This document shows, one piece after another, positions 12,260 through 24,900 of a stretch of DNA of 45,377 nucleotides. The position numbers and the translations under genes were made by a program. The notes under the pieces are model-generated. The model had not been told where the DNA came from. It searched no databases and worked only from the letters and a program-made list of their open reading frames with translations. How positions within the stretch are numbered: the stretch's first letter is position 1; every line of letters begins with the position of its first letter. This DNA is from Chiloscyllium plagiosum (taxonomy: Eukaryota): assembly GCF_004010195.1 (NCBI RefSeq), contig NC_057755.1, forward strand, positions 241,751 to 287,127. The letters are read 5' to 3'.

Positions 12260-13860
12260 CGCGAGGTGTGCTCATATGTTTTTCTTTCAGTGCGTGAGGT
12301 TCTCTATGTGTCTGAGTGTGGGTTGGCTTCGTTGCCATTGTTGTGATCTCGCTCGGAGTGTGAGTATCCCTCGGTCTTTGTCGTTGGATATGTCCCTGAG
12401 TGTGAGACATTGTGTGAGTGTTTATGCACCTGTGTGTGTGTTTCCCTTTGTGTGTATTGGAAAGTACATCAGTGACTTCACAGTCATGTGTTTATGTATT
12501 CGGGAATGTTACTCATTCTGTATTAAAGTGTATCCATGAGGTGAGTGTTGTTATGTGGATGTGTGTTACTGTGTCTGCGCATTGTGTGAGTGTTTATGCA
12601 CCTGTGTGTGTGTTTCCCTTTGTGTGTATTGGAAAGTACATCAGTGACTTCACAGTCATGTGTTTATGTATTCGGGAATGTTACTCATTCTGTATTAAAG
12701 TGTATCCATGAGGTGAGTGTTGTTATGTGGATGTGTGTTACTGTTTCTGCGTGTTTGTGCATCTGTGCGTGTTTTGCACGTTGTGCATCTGTTGTGTTTG
12801 TGCCTGTGTGTATGCTCTTTGTGAGGTTACAGTCCTTGAACTGTGTGGGTGTGAGTGTTTGCGGGTCTGGGTGTTACTACCATCCGTGTGTGTTTCTGAG
12901 TGTCAGTGTATTATTGTGGGAGTGTCGGGTGTGTCTCGGCCACGCTATGTTCTTGTTTAAGCAGATGAGATTCTTTTTTTCAGACTGTTGCTGTCTGTCC
13001 ATGTGTCAATATCTTTCGGTGCCCCCAGCAGGATCTCTCTGTGGCTCTCTGTGGTCGCATCTCTGTTTGTTTTCGAGTGTCGCTCCCTGTGTGTATCTCA
13101 TTATGGTTATGGTTCACGAACTTTGTTTGAATACCTATGTGTGTATGTATAAGAGGATTCTGTCAGATTCTGTAGGTTAGTGTGTAATGTCTCTTATTCT
13201 GTGTTCGTTTATATATGTGTGTGGGAAAGTGGGTGTGATTCTGTGTCTGTGTGGAGATGTGTTCCGAGATCTCAATATAACAATATTTCTGTGTGCATGG
13301 ATATGTGTGCATTGGACATGTCAATTTCTCTGTCAGTGTGTCTGTATTTGTGTATGTGTGTATGTGTGCGTGATCTTTTTTCCAATATCTCAGTACCATT
13401 GTATGCCTTTGTTTGTGGAAATGTGTGTGTTCTGTCCGGACATAGATGTGTTCCTACATGTCTCAGTATATCGGTTTTTCTACACGTGTGCATGTGCGTG
13501 TGTGCGCACGGGCATGTATGAGGAGGTGTGCCCCCTTCTGCACTCTAATTTTATTCATGTCTCTGTTGTGAGGGTGTTGGAATGTTTCTGAAGTCGTTGT
13601 GTATATGTGTTGCCACATTTCCATTTCACTGTGTGATTGTGTGTGTGCGCATGTTTGTGGATTGCATGTGTGTGTGCTTATGTGTGTTTTTGTTTGTCAG
13701 CATGTTCATATATTGCCCTTTGACTGTATTCCTGTGTGTGCGTGTGTTTTTGCGAGTATATGTATCGGTGCGTGAGGATGTGGTTGTGTTTCTGTGCGTA
13801 TGTGTGCGTGAGGGTGTGAGTGTGTTTCTGTGTCCCTCTGGATTTGGGTCTGTCTCTGTC
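12260..13860. repeat. TG-rich low-complexity block
   Basis: Degenerate (TG)n giving spurious C/V-rich ORFs; homologous to 2040-2828, 3952-4110 and 35000-36100. Confidence 0.85.
12408..12751 (+). repeat. 172-bp tandem duplication, two near-identical copies
   Basis: cattgtgtgagtgtttatgcacc begins at 12408 and 12580. Confidence 0.95.
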
Positions 13861-14164
13861 TGATCATAAGGCTCCCTTTCCTGTAAAAGGGCACGTGATC
13901 CCTCCAGCAGGTCACGGTGCCAAGATTAATCTCAATGCCGTATTTGTGGCAAACTTGGAAGTATCTAAATATGGGTATCTGTGCAACCTGCACCCTGATA
14001 GTTGAACTGTTACTTCAGTTCAATGACCTCAGTCTATTGAATGAAACTAGACAGGGGAATATTCAATGAAAGGCAGGATTACAGTTCTTCCGTCCATGTT
14101 TGAGCCAAGGATGCAATATTGGAGCTGTTAGTTTCCATGTATAAGTACTGCTATATATTGGATC

Positions 14165-15125
14165 ATTAGGCTCGCCAGTGAAGGACCGGAATTGGATCAT
14201 TCAGCCCAATGATTCAGCTCTTCCATTTGATCAAGAAGGAACTGTTTTTCAATTATATTCTCCTGCCTTCTCCCCATAAGTTCCGATTGCCTTACCAATC
14301 AGGAACCCATCTATCTCTATTTATAATACGTTTGTTATGCACCAGACCAGACCCTCTCATAACTTGTAAAATGGTCATCCAGACCCCATCTTTTTCTACT
14401 TCTTTCGAGTAGGTGTAGAATGGATACTGCAAGCGTGGTGCCGCTGGTCAACATTACTCGATTTTTAATAAAGCAATTTGTTTACAGATTATCAAATAAA
14501 ACACAACAAAAGAGAACAGAATACAGAAAAATTAAACTGTCCGATAACCCAACAGACTATCCCAACTTTAGTATTGCTCCAAATTCGTACAACAATTCCC
14601 GTAAACAGCCCATGCAGAGCAGGTCAATTCAAACCAGGGTCTGACCGTAGAGATGTCAGGGAGAGATTCGGCATTGAACAACATAATCCATGTTGGTGTT
14701 CCTTTCACCAACACTCTAAAAATCGGACTGTGTGCTAACATCACACCAAACTAAACCAGATGGGAGGGAAGCTGGACTAGTAGAATTGTCGACTGCACTG
14801 TGTTTCTATTTACTAGAAAACCTTTTCCATACCAGTGTCTGTTGTCTGTGATAAAATTGGCTCGACAACCCATCCAAACGTGACACCCTGGAACCGGTGC
14901 ATTTACAAGCAATGTAAGAAAAAAAAACAAGGACAACACACATTTGATAAAGGAGCAGCATCATCACACGCTCAATGTCCTGGACTCCACAGCACTCTTC
15001 GGCAATGATTTCCACAGATTAACCACTCTCTGGCTGAAGAAATTCATTCCTGTCTCATTTCCAAAGGTGCTTCCTTCACTCTGAGGCTGTGCCCTCAGAT
15101 CTTAGTCTCTCCTACATGTGGAAAG
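14165..15125 (-). mobile_element. CR1-like LINE 3' fragment split by the solo LTR
   Basis: tctcctgccttctccccataag...ctatctctatttataatacg resumes after the LTR as cgctcaatgtcctggactccacagc...ttccacagattaaccactctctggctgaagaaattc. Confidence 0.65.
14333..14968. mobile_element. Solo LTR, probably Gypsy/Ty3 type
   Basis: Begins TGTTATG and ends CATCACA (imperfect inverted TG...CA termini); flanks cgtt and cgct fit a decayed 4-bp TSD; interrupts a LINE fragment. Confidence 0.7.
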
Positions 15126-15199
15126 TCGTTTAAAGCAGAAGCTGAAGTGGGAGGACATTTCCAAAAGGAGGTGTAATGCTGATCTGAGGCTATGAATGA

Positions 15200-15900
15200 C
15201 AGTCACGGGACTGCTTGGAATTGGTGGAAAAGAGCATGTTCAGATACTCAGCAGAAAACCTGGATGAGAACACCACCATCGTTATGGGCATCATTAGCAA
15301 ATGGATGGAGTTCTGCGTATTGAAGACGTCAATCCGAATGTTCCCCAAGTAAAAATCTTGAGTTGATCAAAAATTCACGACCTACTGAAGACCAGACAGG
15401 TAACATTATAGCGGGAAGAGCCAGATCTATACCGGGAACCAAGATCTGACCTCCGCAGGGCCATCGGGGATGCCAAGAGGGAGTACAGACGACATGAGAG
15501 GCCCATACCTACCAAGCAGGCACCCGTTGCCGATGACAAGGCCTAAAAAACATTACAGGATACAAATGGAAGCAGATCAAGCTCGCAAACATCGCTCCCT
15601 GAGGCGCTCAATGCTTTCTATGCTTGGTTTGAGGAAAATATCAGAGGTGCAGAGACACCTGCCCCAACAGTCCCAGACATACCTGTTCCCTCGTTCACCA
15701 TTGCACATGTCAGGGCAATCCAAGGAAAGTGACGCGCATGGCTGGAGTCCCTGTCGGTGCTGTTGGTCCATGTGGACCAAAACGCGCAGGTGTTCACCGA
15801 CATATTCAAATTGTCCCTCCAACAAGCTGAAGTCCCCATCTTCTACAAGAAGACTACCACCATCCCCGTACCTAAGAAAGCACATGCAATGTGCTAAATT
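15200..15900 (+). mobile_element. Rex1/Babar-type LINE fragment (linker and start of RT)
   Basis: Broken frames give DCLE..., SIRMFPK, DLRRAIGDAKREY, LNAFYAWFE, VFTDIFKLSLQQAEVPIFYKKTTTIPVPKK. Confidence 0.75.
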
Positions 15901-16079
15901 GCCTTCTCATCTATCTTTGTGTCATCTGCAAGTTTGGCTACAAATCCTTTATTTCCACTTTCTTTCAAGTTTTATGTATATAATATACATTATGTATTTT
16001 TTATTTTGTTGGAACCGTTTGTGCCTGTACAAATATTGTCTTATATTAGAGCTGATTGTGTTTACACGTAATACTATTA

Positions 16080-16880
16080 CAGTCATAGCATTGTAGAGAT
16101 GTACAGCATAGAAACAGACCCTTCGGTACAACCCGTCCAGCCGACCAGATATCCCAACCCAATCTAGTCCCACCTGCCAGCAGTTGACCCATATTTTTCT
16201 AAACCATTCCTATTCATATACCCATCCAAATACCTCATAAATGTTGCAATTGCACTAGCCTTCATCACTTCCTCGGGCAGCTTATTCCATACACGTACCA
16301 CTCTCTGCGTGAACAAGTTGCCCCTGAGGTCTCTTTTACATCTTTTCCCTTCACCCTAAACCTATGCCCTCTCGTTCTGGACTCCCCCACGCCGGGGAAA
16401 ACACTTTGTGTATTTATCTTATCTATGCCTCTCATAATTTTGTAAACCTCTATAAGATCACCCCTCAGCCTCCGACGCTGCAGGAAAAACAGCCCCAGTC
16501 GGTTCAGCCTCTCCCTATAGTTCAAATCCTCCAACCTGGCAACATGCACGTAAATCTTTTCTGAACTCTTTCAAGTTTCACAAAATATTTCCGATAGGAA
16601 GGAGGCCAGAAATGCACGCACTATTCCAACAGTGGTCAAACAAATGTCCTGTACAGCTGCAAAATGACTTGACAACTCCTGTACTCAATACTCTAACTGA
16701 TAAAGAAATGCATGCCAAACGCCTTCTTCATTAACAAATCTACCTACGACTCCACTTTCAAGGAGCTATGAACCTTCACTCAAAGTTCCCTTTGTTCAGC
16801 AACACTCCCAAGGACCTTACCAAAATGCAGCGTTTACGTGAATTAAAATCTGTTTGCCACTTCTCAACCCATTGGCACAT
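16080..16880 (-). mobile_element. CR1 LINE 3' part
   Basis: Minus ORF 16265-16549 LNYRERLNRLGLFFLQRRRLRGDLIEVYKIMRGID...SRTRGH; CR1 tail at about 16080-16140. Confidence 0.9.
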
Positions 16881-17011
16881 CTGATCAAGATTTTGTTTGT
16901 ATTGGAGATGTTCGAGTTTTTATCTAAATATTGTTGTGTTTAGGAACTGTTCACGTTTGTTTGCAAATTTGTTCATTCAACCAATTCATTATCTGCATCA
17001 ATATACTACCT

Positions 17012-17520
17012 CATCGCAGTCTGACATGCTGATAACCCAGGCCATTGCGTGAGCTAATTGCTAATATGAACTCCGTTATACCCCTCCCACCCTGTAATGA
17101 ACCCCTACAACTTCTTCCTTCAGGCAGAAAGTACTGAAGCCCGAGGACACACAACAGCAGCTTCTGCCAAGCCGTTATTAGACTATTGAATGGACTCTCT
17201 TGACTCAAGAAAAGTTGACCTTTCCAACATTGTTCTCTATTGTAAACCCTGTGCAATGGTCTGTTTAACCATCTTGCTCTGTATATCCTTGCTTAGTATG
17301 ATCTGCCCATACTACTCAAAAATAAAGCTTTTCACTGCACGTCTAGTTGACCTTTCCAACATTGTTCTCTATTGTAAACCCTGTGCATGCTTCTGTTTAA
17401 CCATCTTGCTCTGTATATCCTTGCTTAGTATAATCTGCCCATACTACTCAAAAATAAAGCTTTTCACTGCACGTCTGTACATGTGACAATAAATCAATCA
17501 AATCGAATCAAATCAAAATC
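17012..17520 (+). mobile_element. Rex1/Babar-type LINE 3' end with (aatca)-like tail
   Basis: LLPSGRKY...AVIRLLNG C-terminal motif; aataaatcaatcaaatcgaatcaaatc tail; paralog 39020-39225. Confidence 0.65.
17213..17476 (+). repeat. 132-bp tandem duplication
   Basis: agttgacctttccaacattg begins at 17213 and 17345. Confidence 0.95.
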
Positions 17521-17864
17521 ATCCATGCTGATCACATATCCTAAATTGTCTCATTTAGACCATATTGTCTAATCCCTTCCTATTCATAAACCGTAGCGAA
17601 TTCCCAAAGGAGAAAGTGATCAATAATTAAGAAATGATGGGGCGCAGAGATAATAGAAACCTTCACTGACTTTTTCTCATTTGTATTCTTTTTAATAAAA
17701 TGTGTTTCAAGATGCGAACTGGGAATTGTTTGCTAAGAATAACTTGTGACTTTTGAGACAGCTTGTGGTAAAAGGAACAAACCAAGCAATAGTTGTTTGT
17801 TTGTGAAGCCAGGCATTAGGCTAATTGCCGAATTAGTCTTAATTAAAAGGTTTTCTACTGATAG

Positions 17865-18625
17865 AGTGACCAGCGGAAGAACGTCTTGAGGATCAGCAAA
17901 TCCTTTTGTGCCGGTCTATAGGACACGAAGCACAAAGGCAGCGCAGACCCCCACTTGTTCCTGTCCTCTATTCCCTTTGACGACAGCAGACGGGAGAATC
18001 TGCACCAGCAGTTATCGCTGGAGGAGCTGCCCAAGGCTTTCAAGCCCTAGGAAAAGAGTTAAACTTCCAGAAGTGATGGCTTACCACCTGGGTTATTTTC
18101 ACTTCTGTGGCACTTGATTGGCCTGGACCTGCCGAAAGTGGACAACAGTATGCTTTCGAACAGGTAGGCTGTGTGAATCCAACAGGAAAATTATCATTCT
18201 TCTCATCTTCAATTATAAGGGATAGATGGAGGAGTTGGGATTGGTTTCACTGCTTAATGCTGTTTACAGAATCCTGCCTGAGTTCATCACCAACTCGGTC
18301 AGGTCTGCTGTGGGATTAGTGGTTCACTCCGACCACACCTGTGCTGTACTGGACAGGGTGATCTCTGAGAGTCACGTGTTCCTGAATGATATAATCGTCT
18401 GTGGGTACTAAGGTTGGATTGGAAACCTGCATTATCAGCCTAGACCAGAGAAGGTCTTTGATAGGAAATCGCAGCGATGGGTTTGGGGACGAGAGGTGCA
18501 ATTGGATTAGCCTGATGGGCAGCAACAGCGTTCGTGCACTCTCCGTAAATGGGTGGGAATCACAAAGCTTCCTGAACAGTCCTGGAATCCGGCAGCACTT
18601 TTCATTGTTACCTTTCCTGTTTGAT
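17865..18625 (+). mobile_element. Tx1/L1-clade LINE RT fragment
   Basis: Broken frames give LRISKSF, GLP, VSLLNAVYRIL...VHSDHTCAV, CIISLDQ; paralog 39330-40135. Confidence 0.8.
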
Positions 18626-19039
18626 TATTGTCTTCGAGGGGACTGAATTATGGTTGAGATTCATTGAGATGTTTATAACTCTTCAGCCATAGCCTATCCA
18701 CTGGGAACTCAATCCATTTTGACCATTTTTGCGTCCATTCCTTTTTGATCTCTTTATTTAGATTCAGGGCTCTGAGTTCCAAATTCATTTCTTCATTCTC
18801 CACCTTAACAAACATTTGAGCACTTTAAGGTCATTCTTCACAAATGCAGTAATATTGTTGCATAATGCTATTCACATCGTGTCCTTAATTTTTGAAAAAA
18901 AAGTGCTGCATTCTCACATCTGTGCTCTTGCGTCAATTCAATGCTGCCATATGTAATAAATTAGTCCTTTCATTGTGCATTGTGGCTTTAGTTTTTCGAC
19001 GATTGTGAACAGTTCACGATATTGATGCGATGGAACTTA

Positions 19040-20520
19040 GGACACAGAACATAGAAAAGTAAAGCAAAGAAGAGGCACTTCGGCCCATGATTTTATGCCA
19101 ATAATTATTCCAGTCTTAAATACAATAACCTCGCCTACTTACCTCTCAATTCACTGCTGTCCAGGTGCATGTCCAGATGTTGCTTAATTGTCCCTAATGA
19201 CTCTGTTGCCACCACCTCTGCTGGCAACGCATTCCATGTATTCACAAGTCTCTGTGTGAAGAACCTACCTCTGATGTCTCCTCTATACGTTCCTCCTAAT
19301 ATCTTAAAAACATGACCCACGCGTCTCAATCAATCCTGCTCCGGGGGAAGGTCTCTGGCTATTGACACTAACCATAACTCTCATTACCTCGTATACCTCG
19401 ATCAGGCCACCGCTTTCCACCTTCGTTTCAAGGAGAAACGGCCGAGCTTAGATAACCCCTCTTCATAAGATAAGCCCTCGTGCTGGGTAGCATACTGGTA
19501 AACCCTCTTTGCAGCCTCTCCAAAGCCTCTGTGTCTTTCCTATTTTAGGGCGACCAGCACTGGACACAATAGTCCAAGCGTGGTCTCACCGGGGACTTGC
19601 AGAGATGTGACAAAACCTCGTGGCTCTTAATTGTGATCACCCTGTTAATGAAAGCCAAAACACCATATGCTTTCTTAACAAACCTATCCACTTGGATGGC
19701 AACTTTGGGTGATCTGTGCAGTTGAAGATCAAGCTCCCTCTGTTCCTCCACAATGCCAAGAATACTGTCTTTAATCCTATATTCAGCATTCAAGTTGGAC
19801 CTTCCAAAATGAACTTATCTGGGATGAACTCCATCTGCCATTTCTCAGCCTAGCTCTGCATCCTGTGTATGTCGCGCTGCAGGCTTCAATAGTGCTCAAT
19901 ACTATCAACGGCACCAGCAACTTTTGTGTCATCTGCAAATTTACTAACTCACCCCTCAACCTTCTCATCGAAGTCATTTATAAAACTATAAAGTGCAGAG
20001 GCCCAAGAACAGAGTCCTGCAGGACACCACTCAAAAGTAACCTCCAAGCAGAATAATTTCCATCTACAGCCACTAACCGCCTTCCAACAGCCATCAAATT
20101 CTGAATCCAGATAATCAAATCTCCTTATATCCCACACCTCGTGACCTTATGAATGAGCCTACCACTGGGAACCTTATCAAATGCCTTGCTGAAGTCCAAA
20201 TACACCACATCCACTGCGCGACTTTCGTCGACCTGTCTTGTCACCTTCTCAAAGAAATCAATGAGATTAGTGAGGCAAGACCTACAACTCTGAAATCCAT
20301 GCTGGACTGCCTTTAATCACACAATGTTTTTCCAAATCGTCATAAATCCTATCCCTCAGAATTCTTTTAAAAACCTTGCTGACCACAGATGTCAGACTGA
20401 CTGGTCTAAAATTGGCTGTGATTTCCCTATTACATTGCTTGTAAAGGGAACAGCATTCGCATTCTTCCAATCCTCTGGTACGACTCCCATGGAGAGTGAG
20501 GAAACATACATCTATGCCAG
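19040..20520 (-). mobile_element. 5'-truncated CR1 LINE (RT and 3' end)
   Basis: Minus ORFs NFRPVSLTSVVSKVFKRILRD, VKKAYGVLAFINR, RPRLDYCVQCWSP, FFTQRLVNTWNALP; absent from paralogous sites at about 40735 and 45085. Confidence 0.9.
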
Positions 20521-21929
20521 TGTCATTTTGTTTCTGAACAAATACCTCCACACCTCATCAAAAAGACAAAATTAAAATAATGTTATGTTTCAACAGTAAC
20601 TGTACCATTTTACACATATGTTCTTGTGGGTCTCCCGAAAATCCAAAATAAAAAAACGCGCTGGCTGGAAATACCCGTGCCCCTAAGTCTATGAGGCACG
20701 GAAGGAAAATGATTGGTCCTGAAGACTAGGATTCAGAAGTTCGATATCTTAAGAAATCCAGAAAGGCGATTCTGATGCTGTTCTCTTTCACTGACAGATT
20801 GTCTACTTCCCGTGGCCATCTTCAATTCCCTCCTAACTGAGTTTAATCCCATATTCCCAACCCTCTGACAGGTCTGATTAAGTATTCCCCAAGAACAGGA
20901 GCATGTCTACCCAGCTAGGTAGCAGTCCGTATTCAAGTAAAAAAAAACAAATGCACTGTATTCATATCACCCAGCCTGATAAGTATTTCCAATAAGTGAG
21001 ATGTCCAAAGCCCTTCCTCCTGGAACCAATGTTTCCAGAAACGCGTTCTTCGGCCTAATGAGCACTCGGAAACACCCATGGATCAGCTTTTTAATTTGTT
21101 GCCCGATTTGCTAATTTCAAGACTGAGGAGAATTTTGGTGGAATTAAGTCCAGGAATCAGTGGAAAAATATAAGTTTTGTAATCATTTAGGTTGAGTTTG
21201 GTTCTTTTTTTTCGTGAATAAGCAGCGGGCTTCTCTGTGCATCTGAAGTTAATGGTTAACATGAAGCTATTTCAGTAATCGCAACAATTTGTTTTAAAAA
21301 TTGAGATTTGAGATTTGGCTGCAGGCTGATTGGCTTTTAGCACGATGAATCTTTGTTTAATTTTGATGTTTGCAACCCAGCATGGTATTAATGGACATGA
21401 AAGATTTCTTGAAAAATTCTGGAATTTGCGATTAAGGACGAAACCCTGATCTGAGGAAGAACTACTTTCATTTCAATCAATTTTGTAATTTCAGTTAGTT
21501 CCTGTAAGACCCTGGAACTGAGTGGATGTATAGATCTATGCTCATCCGAAAGAATTGAGAGTTTTAATAACTTACATTGCCTTGGAATGCTATGTGTTCT
21601 CAGGAAGTAGTGTTATTGTCAATCAGGTGTGTGGTAGCTCCAAGAAGAAATTTACTGTTGTTCCAGTTGAGAAGTGGCAGTCACAAGTTATTCAATCAAA
21701 TGCTAGATACAGGGATTGTGGTCTGAATATTGTTTAAGCGTTGTTTTGTTTGGAACACCACTCGGAGTCCTGTTTCGTATAATATATAACAGTCGGGTCA
21801 TTTTGTTTCATTGATGCATTTTTTGAGATTAATGAGAATTAAACATTTACTCCATGTTCATTGCCTTTGAAACTGCGTTATAAGTTTGCATTATTCTATT
21901 TTATCAACATTTAATTTGCAATAAACGTC

Positions 21930-24900
21930 TGTCCATTTTGACACCGCGGCGAGGAGACATGGTGGACTGAAGCGAGGGCTGCCAGGAATGGTAAGTTTTC
22001 CCATTTAAAATGGCACTTACCTCGGGAGTCGGGCCTCCATTTTGACAGAGCGGCGAGGAGAGAAGGTAAGGTGAAGCGAGGGCTGCCGGAAAGGCAAGGG
22101 CTTATTTTATATTTGGGCAGTGGCTACACCCGAGATATTGCATGTGCAGTATCTCCCTCCCGTCCCCTCCTCTAACCGGAAGAAAAAGACTCAGTTAGGT
22201 AAGGCTTTATTTTTTCTTTATCTATCTTCTTCATATATTTAAGTGTATTGTTTGATTTTAGTTAGTTCATTTAAAGCTAACCTTACAATGGCAGGGGGCC
22301 TCAGGCCCGTGGACTGTGCCTATTGCTTGATGTGGGACCTTTAAACGTGTCTAACGTTCCTGATTCTTACACTTGCAAGACGTGTTTCCATCTGCAGCTC
22401 TTGTTTGACGCATGACGGCTTTGGACCTGCGGATACACTCACTGTGGAGCATCTGCAATGCTGAGGAGGTCGTGGAGAGCAAGTTCAGTCAAGTGGGTCA
22501 CACCACAGGTTAGAATTGCTGATGGGGATAGTGTATTGGTGACCAAAAGACAGAAAAAGAGAAGGAAGGCAGTGCAGGTGTCCCCTGCGGTCATCTCCAT
22601 TCAAAGCAGGTATTACATTTTGGATACTGTTGGGGGTGATGGCTCATCAGGGCAGGGCAACAGTTGCCTGAATCAGTAGGTCAGGAAAAAGACTCGCAGG
22701 GCCATAATCATAGGGGATTCTGTTGTGAGTGGAGTAGATAGGCAGTTCTGTCGCTGAAAACTGGACTACCGGATGTTATGTTGCCTCCCTGGTGCTCTGG
22801 TCAGGGATGTCACAGATCGGCTGAAGAAAATTCAAAAAGTCAAGTGTGAACAGCCAGTTGACTTGGTGCATATAGGCACAAACGATATAAGAAGAAATCG
22901 AGATCAGTTCCCGAAAGAAGAATTCAGGGAGCGAGGAGACAATTTAAAGAGGAGGAGCTCAAAGGTAGTGATCTCGGGATTACTACGCGCGCCACGTGCA
23001 GCCAGAGTAGAAATGAAAAACAGGCAGGAAGAACACGTGGTTTGACAGATGGTGTAGGAGGGAGGGGTGCAGATTTGTTGGACATTGGGACCATTGGGGA
23101 AGGTGGGCCTATTACAAAATGGACGGTATACATCTGTACCAGACTGGAACCAATGGCCTTGGGAGAGTTTTTGCTACTGCTATTGGAGAGGTTTTATCTA
23201 ATGTGGCATGGGGGTGGGAACCAGAAGAGAAAACATATAGTCAGCGAGGTGGAGACTGGAGACCGTAAGAATTAAGAAGGGGAGAGTAGGCATAGAGCAA
23301 ATGAGCGCAAAAAAAACTTGTAGCTTGAAATGCATCTACTTTAATGCAAGGAGTATAGTGTGTAAGGCAGATGAACTTACGGCTTGGACTGGTGCCTGGG
23401 AGTATGAGGTTATTTCAATCACAAAGACTTGGTTGAAGGAAGGGCATGATGATTGACAACGAAATGTTCCAGGATATAGACGCTTCAGACAGGACGGGGT
23501 GGGAATTAAAAGGCGGGGTGGAGCTGCATTGCTGGTCAGGGATGATATCACGGTTGTGCGAAAGGAGCACACTATGGAGGTCTTGGATAATGAGGCATTA
23601 TGAGTAGAATTTGCAAGGAGCGTCCAGGAGAGTTTTCTAGTGCAATATATCAATAGTCCGACGAGGGAAAAGGCCGTATTAGACCTGGGACTGGGGAACG
23701 AGCCAGGACAGGTGGTAAAAGTTGCGGTGGGGGATTTATTTGGGAACAGTGACCACAATTCTGTAAGTTTTAGAATACTCACAGATAAAGCAGAGAGTGG
23801 ATCTAAGGGAAGAGTATGAAACTGCACCAAGGCCAATTATATCAAAATTCGGCAGGAGCTCGGAAATGTGGATTGGACACAGTATTTGAAGGGATGTCCA
23901 CATTTGAGATCGTGCAAGATAGGCATGTCCCGTTGAAAGCAAAGGATAGGAAGGGCAAGATTCGTGAACCGTGGATGACAGGAGAAATTGTACGACTAGC
24001 CAAGAGGAAAAGGGAACCGTACATAAGGTCGAAGCAGCTAAGAACAGAACGGGCCGTGGGGAATATCGGAAGAGTAGGACAAGTCTTAAACGAGGAATCA
24101 AGTGGGCTAAAAGGGGTCATGAAATAACTTTAGAGAGCGAGCAGAATTAACGAGAATCCCAAAGCATCTTATTCTTATATAAGAAGCAAGCGGGTAACTA
24201 GAGAAAGGATAAGGAAGGAAGGCTGTGTGTCGACACTGAACGAATGGGTGAGATTCTGAATGTTTACTTTGCATCAGGGTTCACTGAGGAGAGGAACATG
24301 ATGAATGTTGAGATTAGGGATAGAAGTTTGATTAGTCCGGATCACGTTGACGTAAGTGGGGAAGATGTGCTGGGAATGCTAGAGGTTATTAAGGTGGATA
24401 AATTCGCAGGACCGGATAGAATCTATCCCAGGGCGCTAAGGGAGGCGAGAGAGGAAATAGCTGGGGATCTTTGTGGCATCCTTAAATAAGGGGGAGGTGC
24501 AGGAGGAGTGGAGGATTGCTCATGTTGTACCACTGTACAAGAAGGGTAGTAGGGATATTCCTGGTAACGACAGACCTGTGAGCCTGACGTCGGTGATTGG
24601 AAAGTTTATGGAGGAGGTACTGAGGGATAGGATTATTTATATTTAGAAAACGACTTGGCTTATCAGTGATAGGCAACATGGTTTTCTGCGGGTGAGATCG
24701 TGCCTTACCAACTTAATAGCGTTCTTCGAGTAAGTGACCAAATTGATAGATAAACTAAGAGCTGTTCATGTCATATACATGGACTTTAGTGGGTATTTAA
24801 TAAGGTTCCAAATGGTAGACTAATGGGGAAAGTGAAGTCACATGGTGTGCAAGGTGTTCTAGCTAGTTGGATAAAGAACTGTTTGAGCAACAGGAGATAG

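Noticed and set aside
11691..13993. Many 70-196 aa ORFs rich in C/V/L/S (also at 2022-2622 and 34443-36161)
   Set aside because: By-products of CT- and TG-rich low-complexity DNA; frames are not conserved between paralogous blocks
15470..16096. 208-aa ORF as a novel gene
   Set aside because: Off-frame reading of the Rex1/Babar fragment running into AT-rich flank
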